Below are positions 56,388 through 64,000 of a stretch of DNA of 64,000 nt, piece by piece. The stretch's first letter is position 1. Every line of letters begins with the position of its first letter. Both the position numbers and the translations under genes were made by a program. The DNA comes from an uncultured Candidatus Saccharibacteria bacterium (lineage in GTDB: Bacteria; Patescibacteriota; Minisyncoccia; UBA6257; UBA11618). Location: contig CAYTBX010000001.1 in the NCBI GenBank assembly GCA_964436175.1, forward strand, positions 24,306 to 88,305, read 5' to 3'. The notes under the pieces were generated by a model, which saw nothing but the letters and a program-made list of their open reading frames with translations, did not search any database and had not been told where the DNA came from.

Positions 56388-57086
56388 TCAAAAACCATTC
56401 GCGCGTACGCCGCGTGCCTTGATAGATTCTTTTTCTTCGATACCGAAAACGGTTATCGTGTCCCCTATTTTAAAGGTCATGCCCGCGGGTAGATGTGTTT
56501 CGGGCGCTACGAGAACTAAGGATGTTGCGTCTTCGATGTTCCGTAATACAAAGCCGCCTTCGACGAGGCTGTCTATAGTTCCGTGCCGCACGTTTCGCGC
56601 CCTACCCACGCTGAACTGGCGGTAGAGCTGGCCACCCATGCGCAGGCCGCCATGGCGTGCCGCGCGGAACGGGGCACGGTGGAAGGGCGCTACGAATACG
56701 CTTGCCGTGATAACCATAACGAGTACGGCGATAAGCGAATACAAAAGCGGCGCACGATACGCAAACGAATAGCGGCGTACGAGCGTTTCGAGGATGGCGA
56801 TAAAAAGGAGGGAGAGCGCCGCAAGCGCCACGGGGATGGCGCGGAGAAACGGCATGAGTCCGCGCGTGCCGTAGAGGGGTGCTGTCCATGCGCCTGTTTC
56901 GCGCATGGAAAATACGGCGAAGCTCGCGAGGTAGAGCGTGACGCAGAATACGATAAGGACGCCGATGGCGAAGAGCACGCCGGTAAGTACGAAGTGCCAC
57001 TTAGGACGCATGGCGGTTTTGCCGCTACGTATCGCTTCGAGTACCGTATTGCGTATCTCTTCGTTTTCTTTATGCATATGAAACAT
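56388..57086 (-). CDS. Membrane protein overlapping the ECF sigma gene; a candidate anti-sigma factor
   Basis: Its start overlaps the sigma stop by 17 nt; 4-5 TM helices. Confidence 0.45.
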   Translation of the reverse strand: MFHMHKENEEIRNTVLEAIRSGKTAMRPKWHFVLTGVLFAIGVLIVFCVTLYLASFAVFSMRETGAWTAPLYGTRGLMPFLRAIPVALAALSLLFIAILETLVRRYSFAYRAPLLYSLIAVLVMVITASVFVAPFHRAPFRAARHGGLRMGGQLYRQFSVGRARNVRHGTIDSLVEGGFVLRNIEDATSLVLVAPETHLPAGMTFKIGDTITVFGIEEKESIKARGVRANGF

Positions 57087-57633
57087 TTTTCGCCTCCGCT
57101 ATTTTTTTAAGCGCGGCTTTACCCCGCGCGATGCGCACGCCGACGGTGGAGATGGGTATTTGGAGGATCTCCGCGATCTCCGCGTACGCAAGCTCTTCGT
57201 AATAATAGAGTACCAGCGGCTCGCGATATTTGGCGTCGAGTTCGCCAAGACAGGTATCGAGCGCGTGCGTGAGTTCCTTTTCGCGTGCCTGCCTATCCGC
57301 GGTTTCGGGTGAGGTGAGGTGTGGGAAGAGCACGTCGAAGTCGAATACGGGTATGGTGATTTTGCCCGTGCGTCGCCTGATTTCGCTTATGAATTCGTTG
57401 TGCGCTATGCGGTAGATCCACGGGGAAAAAGTGCGACTAGCGTCGAACGCGCGCAGGTTCATGTAGGCCTTTATAAAAACGTCCTGCACGAGATCACGTA
57501 CGTCTTCTCGGTCGCGCAGAAATTTCCGGCCGTACCGCAAAAGCTTTGGTTCGAAGCGGTCAACGAGTATCCCGAAAGCGTCCGTATCTCCGTTTTGGGC
57601 GGCGCGCGCAAGCTCTTCGTCCGTATGGCTCAT
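57070..57633 (-). CDS. ECF-type sigma-70 family factor
   Basis: Region 2 (DLVQDVFIKAYMNLRAFD...PWIYRIAHNEFISEIRRR) and a region 4 HTH (LAYAEIAEILQIPISTVGVRIARG). Confidence 0.85.
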   Translation of the reverse strand: MSHTDEELARAAQNGDTDAFGILVDRFEPKLLRYGRKFLRDREDVRDLVQDVFIKAYMNLRAFDASRTFSPWIYRIAHNEFISEIRRRTGKITIPVFDFDVLFPHLTSPETADRQAREKELTHALDTCLGELDAKYREPLVLYYYEELAYAEIAEILQIPISTVGVRIARGKAALKKIAEAKNVSYA

Positions 57634-57677
57634 AAGTATAGTACGGTTACCGTACCCCTTTTATTACAACTGCCGTT

Positions 57678-58067
57678 TTATGCGCGAGTTAAATACGCGG
57701 CTACGGTTGCTGCGGCACCTGAGGCAAAGGCGCCCCATGCGAGGTCTGCGAGTGTGGCGATTACTGGCCAGCCTTCTATCGTCGCTTGGTTTGTAAGGTC
57801 ATAGGCGGCATAGGCACAGAGCCCGAACAGGGCGCCGGTTAGGAATATTTTAAAGAGCGGCTCCCCTGCCGTAGGGCGTACTACGAAGTAAACGAGACCT
57901 ACGGCATATAAGAGGTAGAAGATAATTGCCGGACCTGGCTTCACTGCATTAAAAAGAAAGCCGAGTTTTTCTGCATAGAATCCGCGAGCTAAATAACCGA
58001 GCCAAACGGCATCGAGCGCTACGAGCGGCACAAGCGCCGCAAAATACATTTTTATAAATAATTGCAT
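57678..58067 (-). CDS. Hypothetical polytopic membrane protein
   Basis: 129 aa with four hydrophobic segments. Confidence 0.45.
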   Translation of the reverse strand: MQLFIKMYFAALVPLVALDAVWLGYLARGFYAEKLGFLFNAVKPGPAIIFYLLYAVGLVYFVVRPTAGEPLFKIFLTGALFGLCAYAAYDLTNQATIEGWPVIATLADLAWGAFASGAAATVAAYLTRA

Positions 58068-58145
58068 ATGGTTGGAGCATACAACAAAAACGCCGGCCAG
58101 TGGTACTGGTCGGCGTGGTTCGGCGTTTTAGCGGGGACTTCCGGA

Positions 58146-58631
58146 TTATTCGTGTTCTGTGGGTGGCTCGTACGCCATGTTTTTTCTCAGTACGGATTTA
58201 CTCTTGTTTCCAAAAGCGACGAGGGATCGAGCAACGAACAAGGCGATCGTTTCGCTCTGTGTGAGTGGCTTGCTTCGTTTTGATTTTGCGCCGATGCGAA
58301 TGAGTCGTTTTTTGGAAAATGTGCGCTTTATTCCGATTTCGCGTGGCGGTCTGATACTGAGACAACCCCATTCGCACGGGCGATTACTCGCGATACGAAC
58401 AGTCGTCTCCCAATGCCATTCCGTCCATTTTTCCCCGACGCTCAGAATGCCATTGAGAGCGCGGGTATTTTTAGGTGTGGGCGCCCATCCGATTGTCCGT
58501 ATATTCATGAAGCGCACGAGTCCTCCTGTATCACGGTTGATTACAGGGTCTGGAAATTTCGATCGTTTAGCCTTTCTTCCGTTGGTTTTTGATTTGTAAC
58601 CTGAGCGGATCGGGTGCAGCCCGATTGCCAT
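58146..58631 (-). CDS. Hypothetical basic protein; it is uncertain which strand is coding here
   Basis: 161 aa, K/R-rich, containing CEWGC; I recognise no family. Confidence 0.25.
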   Translation of the reverse strand: MAIGLHPIRSGYKSKTNGRKAKRSKFPDPVINRDTGGLVRFMNIRTIGWAPTPKNTRALNGILSVGEKWTEWHWETTVRIASNRPCEWGCLSIRPPREIGIKRTFSKKRLIRIGAKSKRSKPLTQSETIALFVARSLVAFGNKSKSVLRKNMAYEPPTEHE

Positions 58632-58718
58632 GGGCGTACTCCTTTATGTGTGTGGGTAAATCAACGAGCTGATTGTGACTGGGTCAGCATAGCCGAATAG
58701 CCCCGCTCAATCAAGTCG

Positions 58719-59318
58719 TTATTCCGCCTTCATGCGCACCATGCCGTGCGGCTCCATTTTGTACGTTACGATTTCACCCGTTGCTACTTCCACGCCCGCT
58801 ACGTCGTTTTCATGGATATTCTCGATATGCTTCATAAGGGCGCGGATAGTGTTGCCGTGGCCGACGACGAGCACGTTCTTACCCGCTGCAAGTTCCGGCA
58901 GGATTTCGCGCTTGTAGTACGGTACGGCGCGGTCATGTACGGCCTTTAGGGTTTCGCCGTCAGGGATCGGTACGTCCCAGCCGCGGCGGATGGCGGTAAA
59001 GGCTTCGTCCCCTATCTCCTCTTTTATCTGCCATTTGTTCTTGCCGGTATAGACGCCGTAGTGCCGTTCGTTTAATTCGCGCGAAGAACGCGCGGGGATT
59101 TTTTTGCCGTACGTTTCTTCTATTCCACTGAGCGTTTCGTGCGTGCGCTTTAAAAGTGATGTGTGGGCGGAATGTATTTCGTGCTCTGTGAGCTTGGCTC
59201 CCGTCGCCTTAGCTTCTTCCTTGCCCTTAGGGCTAAGAGAAATATCCGTCCAGCCGGTCCACTGCCCCGTGCTGTTCCATTCACTCTCTCCATGCCGTAC
59301 AAAAAAGAGATGGCTCAT
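58719..59318 (-). CDS. gpmA: Histidine-phosphatase family phosphoglycerate mutase
   Basis: LFFVRHGESEWN (catalytic RHG). Start taken at the internal ATG (MSHLFF), which leaves the eno stop 1 nt upstream. Confidence 0.8.
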   Translation of the reverse strand: MSHLFFVRHGESEWNSTGQWTGWTDISLSPKGKEEAKATGAKLTEHEIHSAHTSLLKRTHETLSGIEETYGKKIPARSSRELNERHYGVYTGKNKWQIKEEIGDEAFTAIRRGWDVPIPDGETLKAVHDRAVPYYKREILPELAAGKNVLVVGHGNTIRALMKHIENIHENDVAGVEVATGEIVTYKMEPHGMVRMKAE

Positions 59319-59319
59319 G

Positions 59320-60597
59320 TTAGGAAAAAAGCGCGGATGGGTACTGAGCGCGACCATCTAATTCTTCTTCTATGCGGAGCAGTTCGTTGTATTTCGCCAC
59401 GCGGTCCGTGCGGCAGAGGGACCCCGTCTTTATCTGGCCGGCGCCGAGGGCAACCGCGAGGTGCGCGATGGTCGTATCTTCAGTTTCGCCCGAGCGGTGC
59501 GATATGATCGAGCGCCATCCGGCGGCTTTCGCCATGCAGACGGTTTCCATGGTTTCCGTAAGCGTGCCGATCTGGTTAACCTTTACGAGTACGGCGTTCG
59601 CCGCTTTTTGCTCGATACCCTTCTTTACGAACGCAGGGTTCGTTACGAGGAGATCATCCCCTACGATTTGTATAGGGAGTGTCTTCGTCATCTCTATCCA
59701 TCCTACCCAGTCGTCTTCGGCGAGGCCGTCTTCTATCGAGATGACGTGGTGCCGCTCTATGAGGCCTTTGTACCACGCGATCATTTCGCCGGAGGATAAG
59801 GTTTTATTTTCCGTCGCTAGGCGGTATTTGCCGTCTTTATATAATTCGGATGCCGCTACGTCGAGCGCAAGGCCGATGTCCTTACCCAGTTCGTATCCGG
59901 CTTTCGCAACGGCCTCGCCCACGAGCGTGAGCGCCTCTTCGTTGCCGTTTTTAACGGCCGGTGCGTAGCCGCCTTCGTCCCCCACTGTCGTGCCGTATCC
60001 TTTTTCGTGCAGGATCTTCCCGAGGGCGTGGAAGATTGCCGTGCCCATATGGAGCGCTTCGGAAAAGGACTTTGCGCCTATCGGCACCACCATGAATTCT
60101 TGGATGTCCGTGGAGCCTGCTGCGTGCTTGCCGCCGTTAATAATGTTCATCATCGGCATAGGTAAAAGGCGCGGGTCCGTAATTCCTTCGAGTTCGCCTA
60201 CGTAGCGGAAGAGCGATACACCTTGGGAGGCCGCCGCCGCTTTGGCCGTTGCAAGCGAAACGGCGAGTATGGCGTTTGCGCCGAGTTTCGATTTGTTCGC
60301 GGTGCCGTCCAAAGCCATGAGTGCCGTGTCGATTCCTTTTTGGTCCATCGCGTTCATGCCAGCGAGGGCTTTCGCGATTTCGTTATTGATATGGCTTACG
60401 GCTTTTAATACTCCCTTGCCGCCGTATATTTTTTTATCGCCATCGCGCAGTTCTATCGCTTCGTGGCTGCCGGTCGAGGCGCCGCTTGGCACCGCCGCGC
60501 GGCCCATAGCGCCGTTTTCGAGGGTTACGTCGGCTTCAACCGTGGGGTTGCCGCGTGAGTCGATTATCTGCCTGCCTTTTATGGATGAGATTTTCAT
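59320..60597 (-). CDS. eno: Enolase
   Basis: [24 protein letters not shown]...[15 protein letters not shown]. Start taken at the internal ATG. Confidence 0.95.
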   Translation of the reverse strand: MKISSIKGRQIIDSRGNPTVEADVTLENGAMGRAAVPSGASTGSHEAIELRDGDKKIYGGKGVLKAVSHINNEIAKALAGMNAMDQKGIDTALMALDGTANKSKLGANAILAVSLATAKAAAASQGVSLFRYVGELEGITDPRLLPMPMMNIINGGKHAAGSTDIQEFMVVPIGAKSFSEALHMGTAIFHALGKILHEKGYGTTVGDEGGYAPAVKNGNEEALTLVGEAVAKAGYELGKDIGLALDVAASELYKDGKYRLATENKTLSSGEMIAWYKGLIERHHVISIEDGLAEDDWVGWIEMTKTLPIQIVGDDLLVTNPAFVKKGIEQKAANAVLVKVNQIGTLTETMETVCMAKAAGWRSIISHRSGETEDTTIAHLAVALGAGQIKTGSLCRTDRVAKYNELLRIEEELDGRAQYPSALFS

Positions 60598-60642
60598 AGG
60601 TAACGGAAATAGTACTCCCCTCAACGGGATTTGTGAAGAAAG

Positions 60643-60685
60643 AAAAAGCGGCACGTGGAGTTCCGTGCCGCTTCGGGTTTTTGCT
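60643..60685. terminator. Terminator hairpin (gcggcacg/cgtgccgc stem), member 1 of a two-copy motif
   Basis: aaaaagcggcacg-tggagttc-cgtgccgc-ttcgggttttt. Confidence 0.5.
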
Positions 60686-60698
60686 TGAGAAGTGATGG

Positions 60699-61220
60699 CT
60701 ACACTTCGCCGAATGGAATTGATGAGACGGGTCGCCAATCCTTAACTGCTCCGCTCGTATTCCATAGCTGGATGCGGCTTGCGGTGAAACCGGCCTTGCT
60801 CGCGAGGCCTTCGGGGATGTATCCGTCTTTGATTTCGGTAATTTCCGAAGGCACGAGATCTCCGTACGCGAGACTGCAGTGCGGTAGATATGGGCCTTGC
60901 CGCACCCCGAGCATTTCTTGCGCGATCGCGTTCGCTTTCATGACCCGCTGACTTTGCGCGATGCTAAAGAACAGCTTTCGGTGGTAGCCGGTTTCCGAGC
61001 CGATGATACCGAATTGGATTTCGTACGGAGTAAGCCGTGCCGCGATCGCCGCTGTTTTTTCCGTGATGTCCGGCACGACTCCTTCGATTCCCCCGACGAG
61101 CGTGACGTGCGGCGGGAAGGTGGGCGTTCCGTAGATTTCCACGATTTTTGCCATTGTCGTGCGTAGCGCTTTATCTGCGGGTGATCCGCGCGGAGGCACG
61201 AGCCATAAGGAAAATTGCAT
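60699..61220 (-). CDS. 2H phosphoesterase (RNA 2',3'-cyclic phosphodiesterase ThpR/LigT-like)
   Basis: Two H-x-T/S-x motifs: PHVTLVGG and PHCSLAYG. Confidence 0.7.
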   Translation of the reverse strand: MQFSLWLVPPRGSPADKALRTTMAKIVEIYGTPTFPPHVTLVGGIEGVVPDITEKTAAIAARLTPYEIQFGIIGSETGYHRKLFFSIAQSQRVMKANAIAQEMLGVRQGPYLPHCSLAYGDLVPSEITEIKDGYIPEGLASKAGFTASRIQLWNTSGAVKDWRPVSSIPFGEV

Positions 61221-61313
61221 GACGAGCCCTTTTTCAGTTGGAGGTGTGCGGTTGGGTTAAAACGTTATATATATAGCTTATTTTTTGGGTTTACGTCAAG
61301 CTCTATTGGTATT

Positions 61314-61343
61314 TAAAAAACGGCACGGGAATTCCCGTGCCGC
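61314..61343 (-). terminator. Terminator hairpin (cggcacggg/cccgtgccg stem), member 2 of the motif
   Basis: Minus-strand reading: cggcacggg-aatt-cccgtgccg followed by tttttt. Confidence 0.5.
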
Positions 61344-61357
61344 TTCGCGTTTCCTGA

Positions 61358-62188
61358 TTAGGCTTTGAAGAGTTTTGCGAATTCTCCGTGCGGCATGCCG
61401 TAGTTGAAGCCGGGTTCGCGCTCCTGCAGCCTACCGCAGCGATCCTTGTCGTATTTCGGGGTTTTCTTTAATTGCACGAAGCATACGGCAGAATACCTTC
61501 CTTCGCGCGCCGTTTCCTCCGTTGCTACGACGCGGTGGCAGAGTGCTGTAAGCGCGCTATGCGAACGGAGCTGTAGCTGCATGGCGGGGATGATTACGGT
61601 TTCGCCCGATGATACGGGCATGTCGATCCATTCTTTGCCGAATGTAAGGCATTGAAGTCCTGCGGCACTTTCAAAGAGATGAAGCGTAAACCCGCTTTGG
61701 TCCGCGTGTGCTGTTGCCGTTTCGTCCCCTACCGTGCGGTTGCCGAAATAATGGATGAAGCGGATGAAAAAGGCGTCTTCGCCCGCATCCGTTTCTTCCG
61801 CCAAGTCTCCGATGCCGAACGCGGCTTCCGCATTACTGGCAAAATCGAGGATTATCGGTTTCATGATGTGGGCGAGAGCCTCTGCATCCCGTACGAATTC
61901 AGCGGCGGCATTACCCGTTCGTTCGGCGCGTTCTTCGAGCCACGCTCTCCCTCCAGCGGATACGTCGAAATTTTCCTTATGGTCGGCTTTATTACCGACG
62001 CCTTCTTTCAGCTCGTACCCTACCCCTGCCCCTGTATTGCTGTACGGAAGTCGTTGTTTGGTAGCGGGCGGCAATGCGCAGAAATCTTTCCATGAGGCGA
62101 CTGCTCGTTCTACGGCCTGCCGCAGGTCGGGCGGGTACGTTACGGCAACGAAGCCTTTTGTTTGTAGGTCGGTAATGGAACTGTCCAT
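61358..62188 (-). CDS. Fe(II)/2-oxoglutarate-dependent oxygenase superfamily protein (IPNS-like); a tentative call
   Basis: 276 aa with an HxD (HADQSG) and a distal His. Start taken at the internal ATG (MDSSITDL). Confidence 0.4.
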   Translation of the reverse strand: MDSSITDLQTKGFVAVTYPPDLRQAVERAVASWKDFCALPPATKQRLPYSNTGAGVGYELKEGVGNKADHKENFDVSAGGRAWLEERAERTGNAAAEFVRDAEALAHIMKPIILDFASNAEAAFGIGDLAEETDAGEDAFFIRFIHYFGNRTVGDETATAHADQSGFTLHLFESAAGLQCLTFGKEWIDMPVSSGETVIIPAMQLQLRSHSALTALCHRVVATEETAREGRYSAVCFVQLKKTPKYDKDRCGRLQEREPGFNYGMPHGEFAKLFKA

Positions 62189-62291
62189 GGTTTTCCTTGT
62201 GATAGGTTGTTTTCGAGTTTTGTTCTGCGGCAATCCTACCAGTCTGGAAAAATAAAAAAAGCGAGGATATCCTCGGTAAAAAAGGCCTCTT

Positions 62292-63005
62292 TTATAATGC
62301 GTCGCTTTGAATACTTTCCTCGAAAAAGAACGGCAGGTCTGGGGTGGAACCGTCCTTAATGGCACGTAAGACTGTCGCTATGCTTTTAATAGAATCGAAT
62401 TCCGCCGATTCGTTCTTGATGGCTTCGTCCACGGGTAACCACATGTTGTGGCCGAAGTCGGTATCCGGCAGCAGCTCCCCCGCCGAAGAATCGGCATAGG
62501 CTATGGGGAACATTACGTCCGAAAAAAGTTCGCCGGATTTGTACATGATGCGCCGTTCGCACCCGACGATACGGAACTGCGCATCGAGCCCCGTTTCTTG
62601 CTTAAGCTTCCTCGTCGCCGCTTCTTCGATAGGTTCGCCTTTGAAGACCACGCCGCCCATCACGCCGACTTTGCCGTACGAGGGGTTGGATGTGCGTAAT
62701 TGGTTTAAAATTTCCAGCGTGCCATCCGTTACGCGCGATACGATGGTGATGACGTTTATCTTAAAGAGGCTCGTTATTGCGTCGTTTTGCGGGTAGGGGT
62801 CGGCGACGTGCTTTATGCCCGTTTCCGAAAGCGCGTAGCCTTCGTCTGACTTCGTGACGAGTCCTTTTTTAACAAGGAATTGGAGGTGGTAATTGAAGAG
62901 GTCGTTTGGCACCTTGTCCGGCTGCATTTCGGCGTAGCGGAGCGTCTTCGCATTCTTCAGTTTCGCAATGATATGGTTTTGTATCGGGGAGAAATCTTGG
63001 AGCAT
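62292..63005 (-). CDS. Winged-helix HTH fused to a NUDIX hydrolase (NrtR-like architecture)
   Basis: Nudix box GGVVFKGEPIEEAATRKLKQETGL; an N-terminal wHTH IIAKLKNAKTLRYAEM...LQFLVKKGLV. Confidence 0.7.
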   Translation of the reverse strand: MLQDFSPIQNHIIAKLKNAKTLRYAEMQPDKVPNDLFNYHLQFLVKKGLVTKSDEGYALSETGIKHVADPYPQNDAITSLFKINVITIVSRVTDGTLEILNQLRTSNPSYGKVGVMGGVVFKGEPIEEAATRKLKQETGLDAQFRIVGCERRIMYKSGELFSDVMFPIAYADSSAGELLPDTDFGHNMWLPVDEAIKNESAEFDSIKSIATVLRAIKDGSTPDLPFFFEESIQSDAL

Positions 63006-63008
63006 GGG

Positions 63009-63245
63009 TTATTTATACGTCCCTTCATTCCTTCGCTCAATGGAGAGAATAAAAATGCCAGAGGAATCTTTGCGATATATGATTCGGATGTCGCCTTTTC
63101 GCACCCGAAAGATATCATCCCTGCCTTTTAATTTCTTGCTATCTAGTCCGCGCGTAGTTCCGGAAGACAGTTGTAGTAAAAGCTCCCGTATCCAACCCCG
63201 CTCTTTTTCCGTGAGTTTCGCGAGGGCTTTTTCGATTGCATCCAT
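63009..63245 (-). CDS. RelE/ParE-family type II toxin
   Basis: 78 aa: ...DDIFRVRKGDIRIIYRKDSSGIFILSIERRNEGTYK. Confidence 0.65.
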   Translation of the reverse strand: MDAIEKALAKLTEKERGWIRELLLQLSSGTTRGLDSKKLKGRDDIFRVRKGDIRIIYRKDSSGIFILSIERRNEGTYK

Positions 63246-63248
63246 TTT

Positions 63249-63467
63249 CTAAATACGGGACAGTAAGTCGGCGATGGCGACCCCTCCTTTCTTGATTTTC
63301 GTAAAATCAACAACAGGCTCCCACGCGTCATCGTCCCCTACGGGAGAAATTGTAAATACTGGCTTCGACTTTCTGATTATCGTAAACGATTCACCTTTCT
63401 CTACTTGGGAAATATATTTTTCGATATTCTCCCGTAATTCCTTAAGGCCGACGATTGGATGTTTCAT
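63249..63467 (-). CDS. Phd/YefM-family antitoxin
   Basis: 72 aa: IVGLKELRENIEKYISQVEKGESFTIIRKSKPVFTISPV. It lies 3 nt upstream of the toxin. Confidence 0.6.
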   Translation of the reverse strand: MKHPIVGLKELRENIEKYISQVEKGESFTIIRKSKPVFTISPVGDDDAWEPVVDFTKIKKGGVAIADLLSRI

Positions 63468-63516
63468 AGAGTAAGTTTATCTTAAGATAAACGTATGTCA
63501 AGGTGCGTTATAAGGT

Positions 63517-63948
63517 TTATCTCATGATATCGTCCAGCATCTCCCGCGTTGACGTATAACTTTTCCCGTTCTTAAGCGCTTCAGCGACTTCCCTGTCCCA
63601 GCGGGCGCGGATTTTTTTAGCGGTTTCTGGATTAAAAGTTTTGAGATATTTTTTAATAATTTCAGCAACTGTTTGATTATTAATATTCTTTTTTAGACAG
63701 TAAGGTGACCCGATCCAATCGGATAAGTTCTTAGTCCCCTTACTCGCATTGCATGCGGCACAGCAGAGCGCGATATTTTCTTCCGTCGGCGGACCGTCGT
63801 TATCGATATGCTCGAACGTTGCTTTGTCGGCGGGAGTGCCTTTGGCGTGTATATGAGATTGCATTTTGATGTCGCAATAAACGCAGTTTGTATCGCGCAG
63901 GCGGACTTTATTTTCAAGCCATTCGGGGATGTTGTAGTTATTTGCCAT
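63517..63948 (-). CDS. HNH endonuclease
   Basis: CVYCDIKMQSHIHAKG...FEHIDNDGPPTEENIALCCAACNASKG. Confidence 0.7.
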   Translation of the reverse strand: MANNYNIPEWLENKVRLRDTNCVYCDIKMQSHIHAKGTPADKATFEHIDNDGPPTEENIALCCAACNASKGTKNLSDWIGSPYCLKKNINNQTVAEIIKKYLKTFNPETAKKIRARWDREVAEALKNGKSYTSTREMLDDIMR

Positions 63949-64000
63949 TAAGGGAATTTTATTTTCCGGGGATCCAGTTTTTAATAATCATCGTATATGG

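Noticed and set aside
58159-58599. Plus-strand 146-aa ORF opposite the 58146..58631 minus ORF.
   Set aside because: Neither strand has recognisable motifs. I kept only the minus-strand ORF, at low confidence, because it matches the orientation of all its neighbours.
1-64000. A search for CRISPR arrays, rRNA or tRNA genes and transposase or integrase genes.
   Set aside because: I saw no regularly spaced short direct repeats. No rRNA-like conserved stretches or tRNA T-loop and anticodon architectures turned up in the intergenic regions. No ORF carried DDE, tyrosine-recombinase or serine-recombinase motifs. The only repeats found are the ones listed above.

Overview
This window reads as a chromosomal region from a small-genome bacterium with monoderm-like features; Patescibacteria/CPR is my inference, not something demonstrated. 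It contains the replication origin, a relaxase-less type IV secretion-like locus, and a heavy-metal resistance island, with housekeeping genes in between. Nearly every gene fits tightly with short or overlapping junctions. I found no rRNA, tRNA, CRISPR array, transposase or integrase.

Gene content in order along the window:
- 1..3984: ruvB (partial), a PilB/GspE ATPase, yebC and ruvC, followed by a tiny ultra-acidic ORF.
- 4053..10773: PBP1A, then the origin block dnaN<-dnaA | rpmH-rnpA-yidC-jag. A DnaA-box cluster sits in the dnaA-dnaN spacer.
- 11091..23799: a roughly 12.7-kb minus-strand locus encoding a Gram-positive-style type IV secretion-like apparatus (PrgI/VirB3-like, VirB4 split into two ORFs, a giant VirB6-like protein, a pilin-like protein and secreted/bitopic proteins). 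There is no relaxase, VirD4 coupling protein or VirB11.
- 24802..31510: ksgA, uvrD/pcrA, an M23 peptidase, a DksA/TraR-type zinc finger, comM and a Pro-rich membrane protein.
- 32482..36489: pnp, a NYN-domain protein, rpsO and rpsA.
- 36573..38796: a divergent pair of unknown genes (a 2-TM SLATT-like membrane protein and a Cys-rich protein) next to a Cas4-like PD-(D/E)XK nuclease.
- 38797..57633: a roughly 19-kb minus-strand metal island. It holds two P1B ATPases, CsoR, a multicopper oxidase, a cupredoxin-like protein, a CusA-type RND pump with its adaptor, SHOCT proteins and Hsp20, with an ECF sigma/anti-sigma pair at its head.
- 58719..63948: gpmA, eno, a 2H phosphoesterase, a 2OG-oxygenase-like gene, a wHTH-NUDIX gene, a RelE/Phd toxin-antitoxin pair and an HNH endonuclease.

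The most unusual signals:
- Two diverged direct copies of a ~400-bp bidirectional promoter/leader module (about 23836-24255 and 31515-31919). They bracket the comM/traR-like/M23/uvrD block and drive the T4SS-like operon and neighbouring genes.
- A candidate ~175-nt structured small RNA at about 1045-1218, with a consensus promoter and an 18-bp terminal stem.

I could not run any searches. Every family assignment rests on motifs read by eye from the translations.
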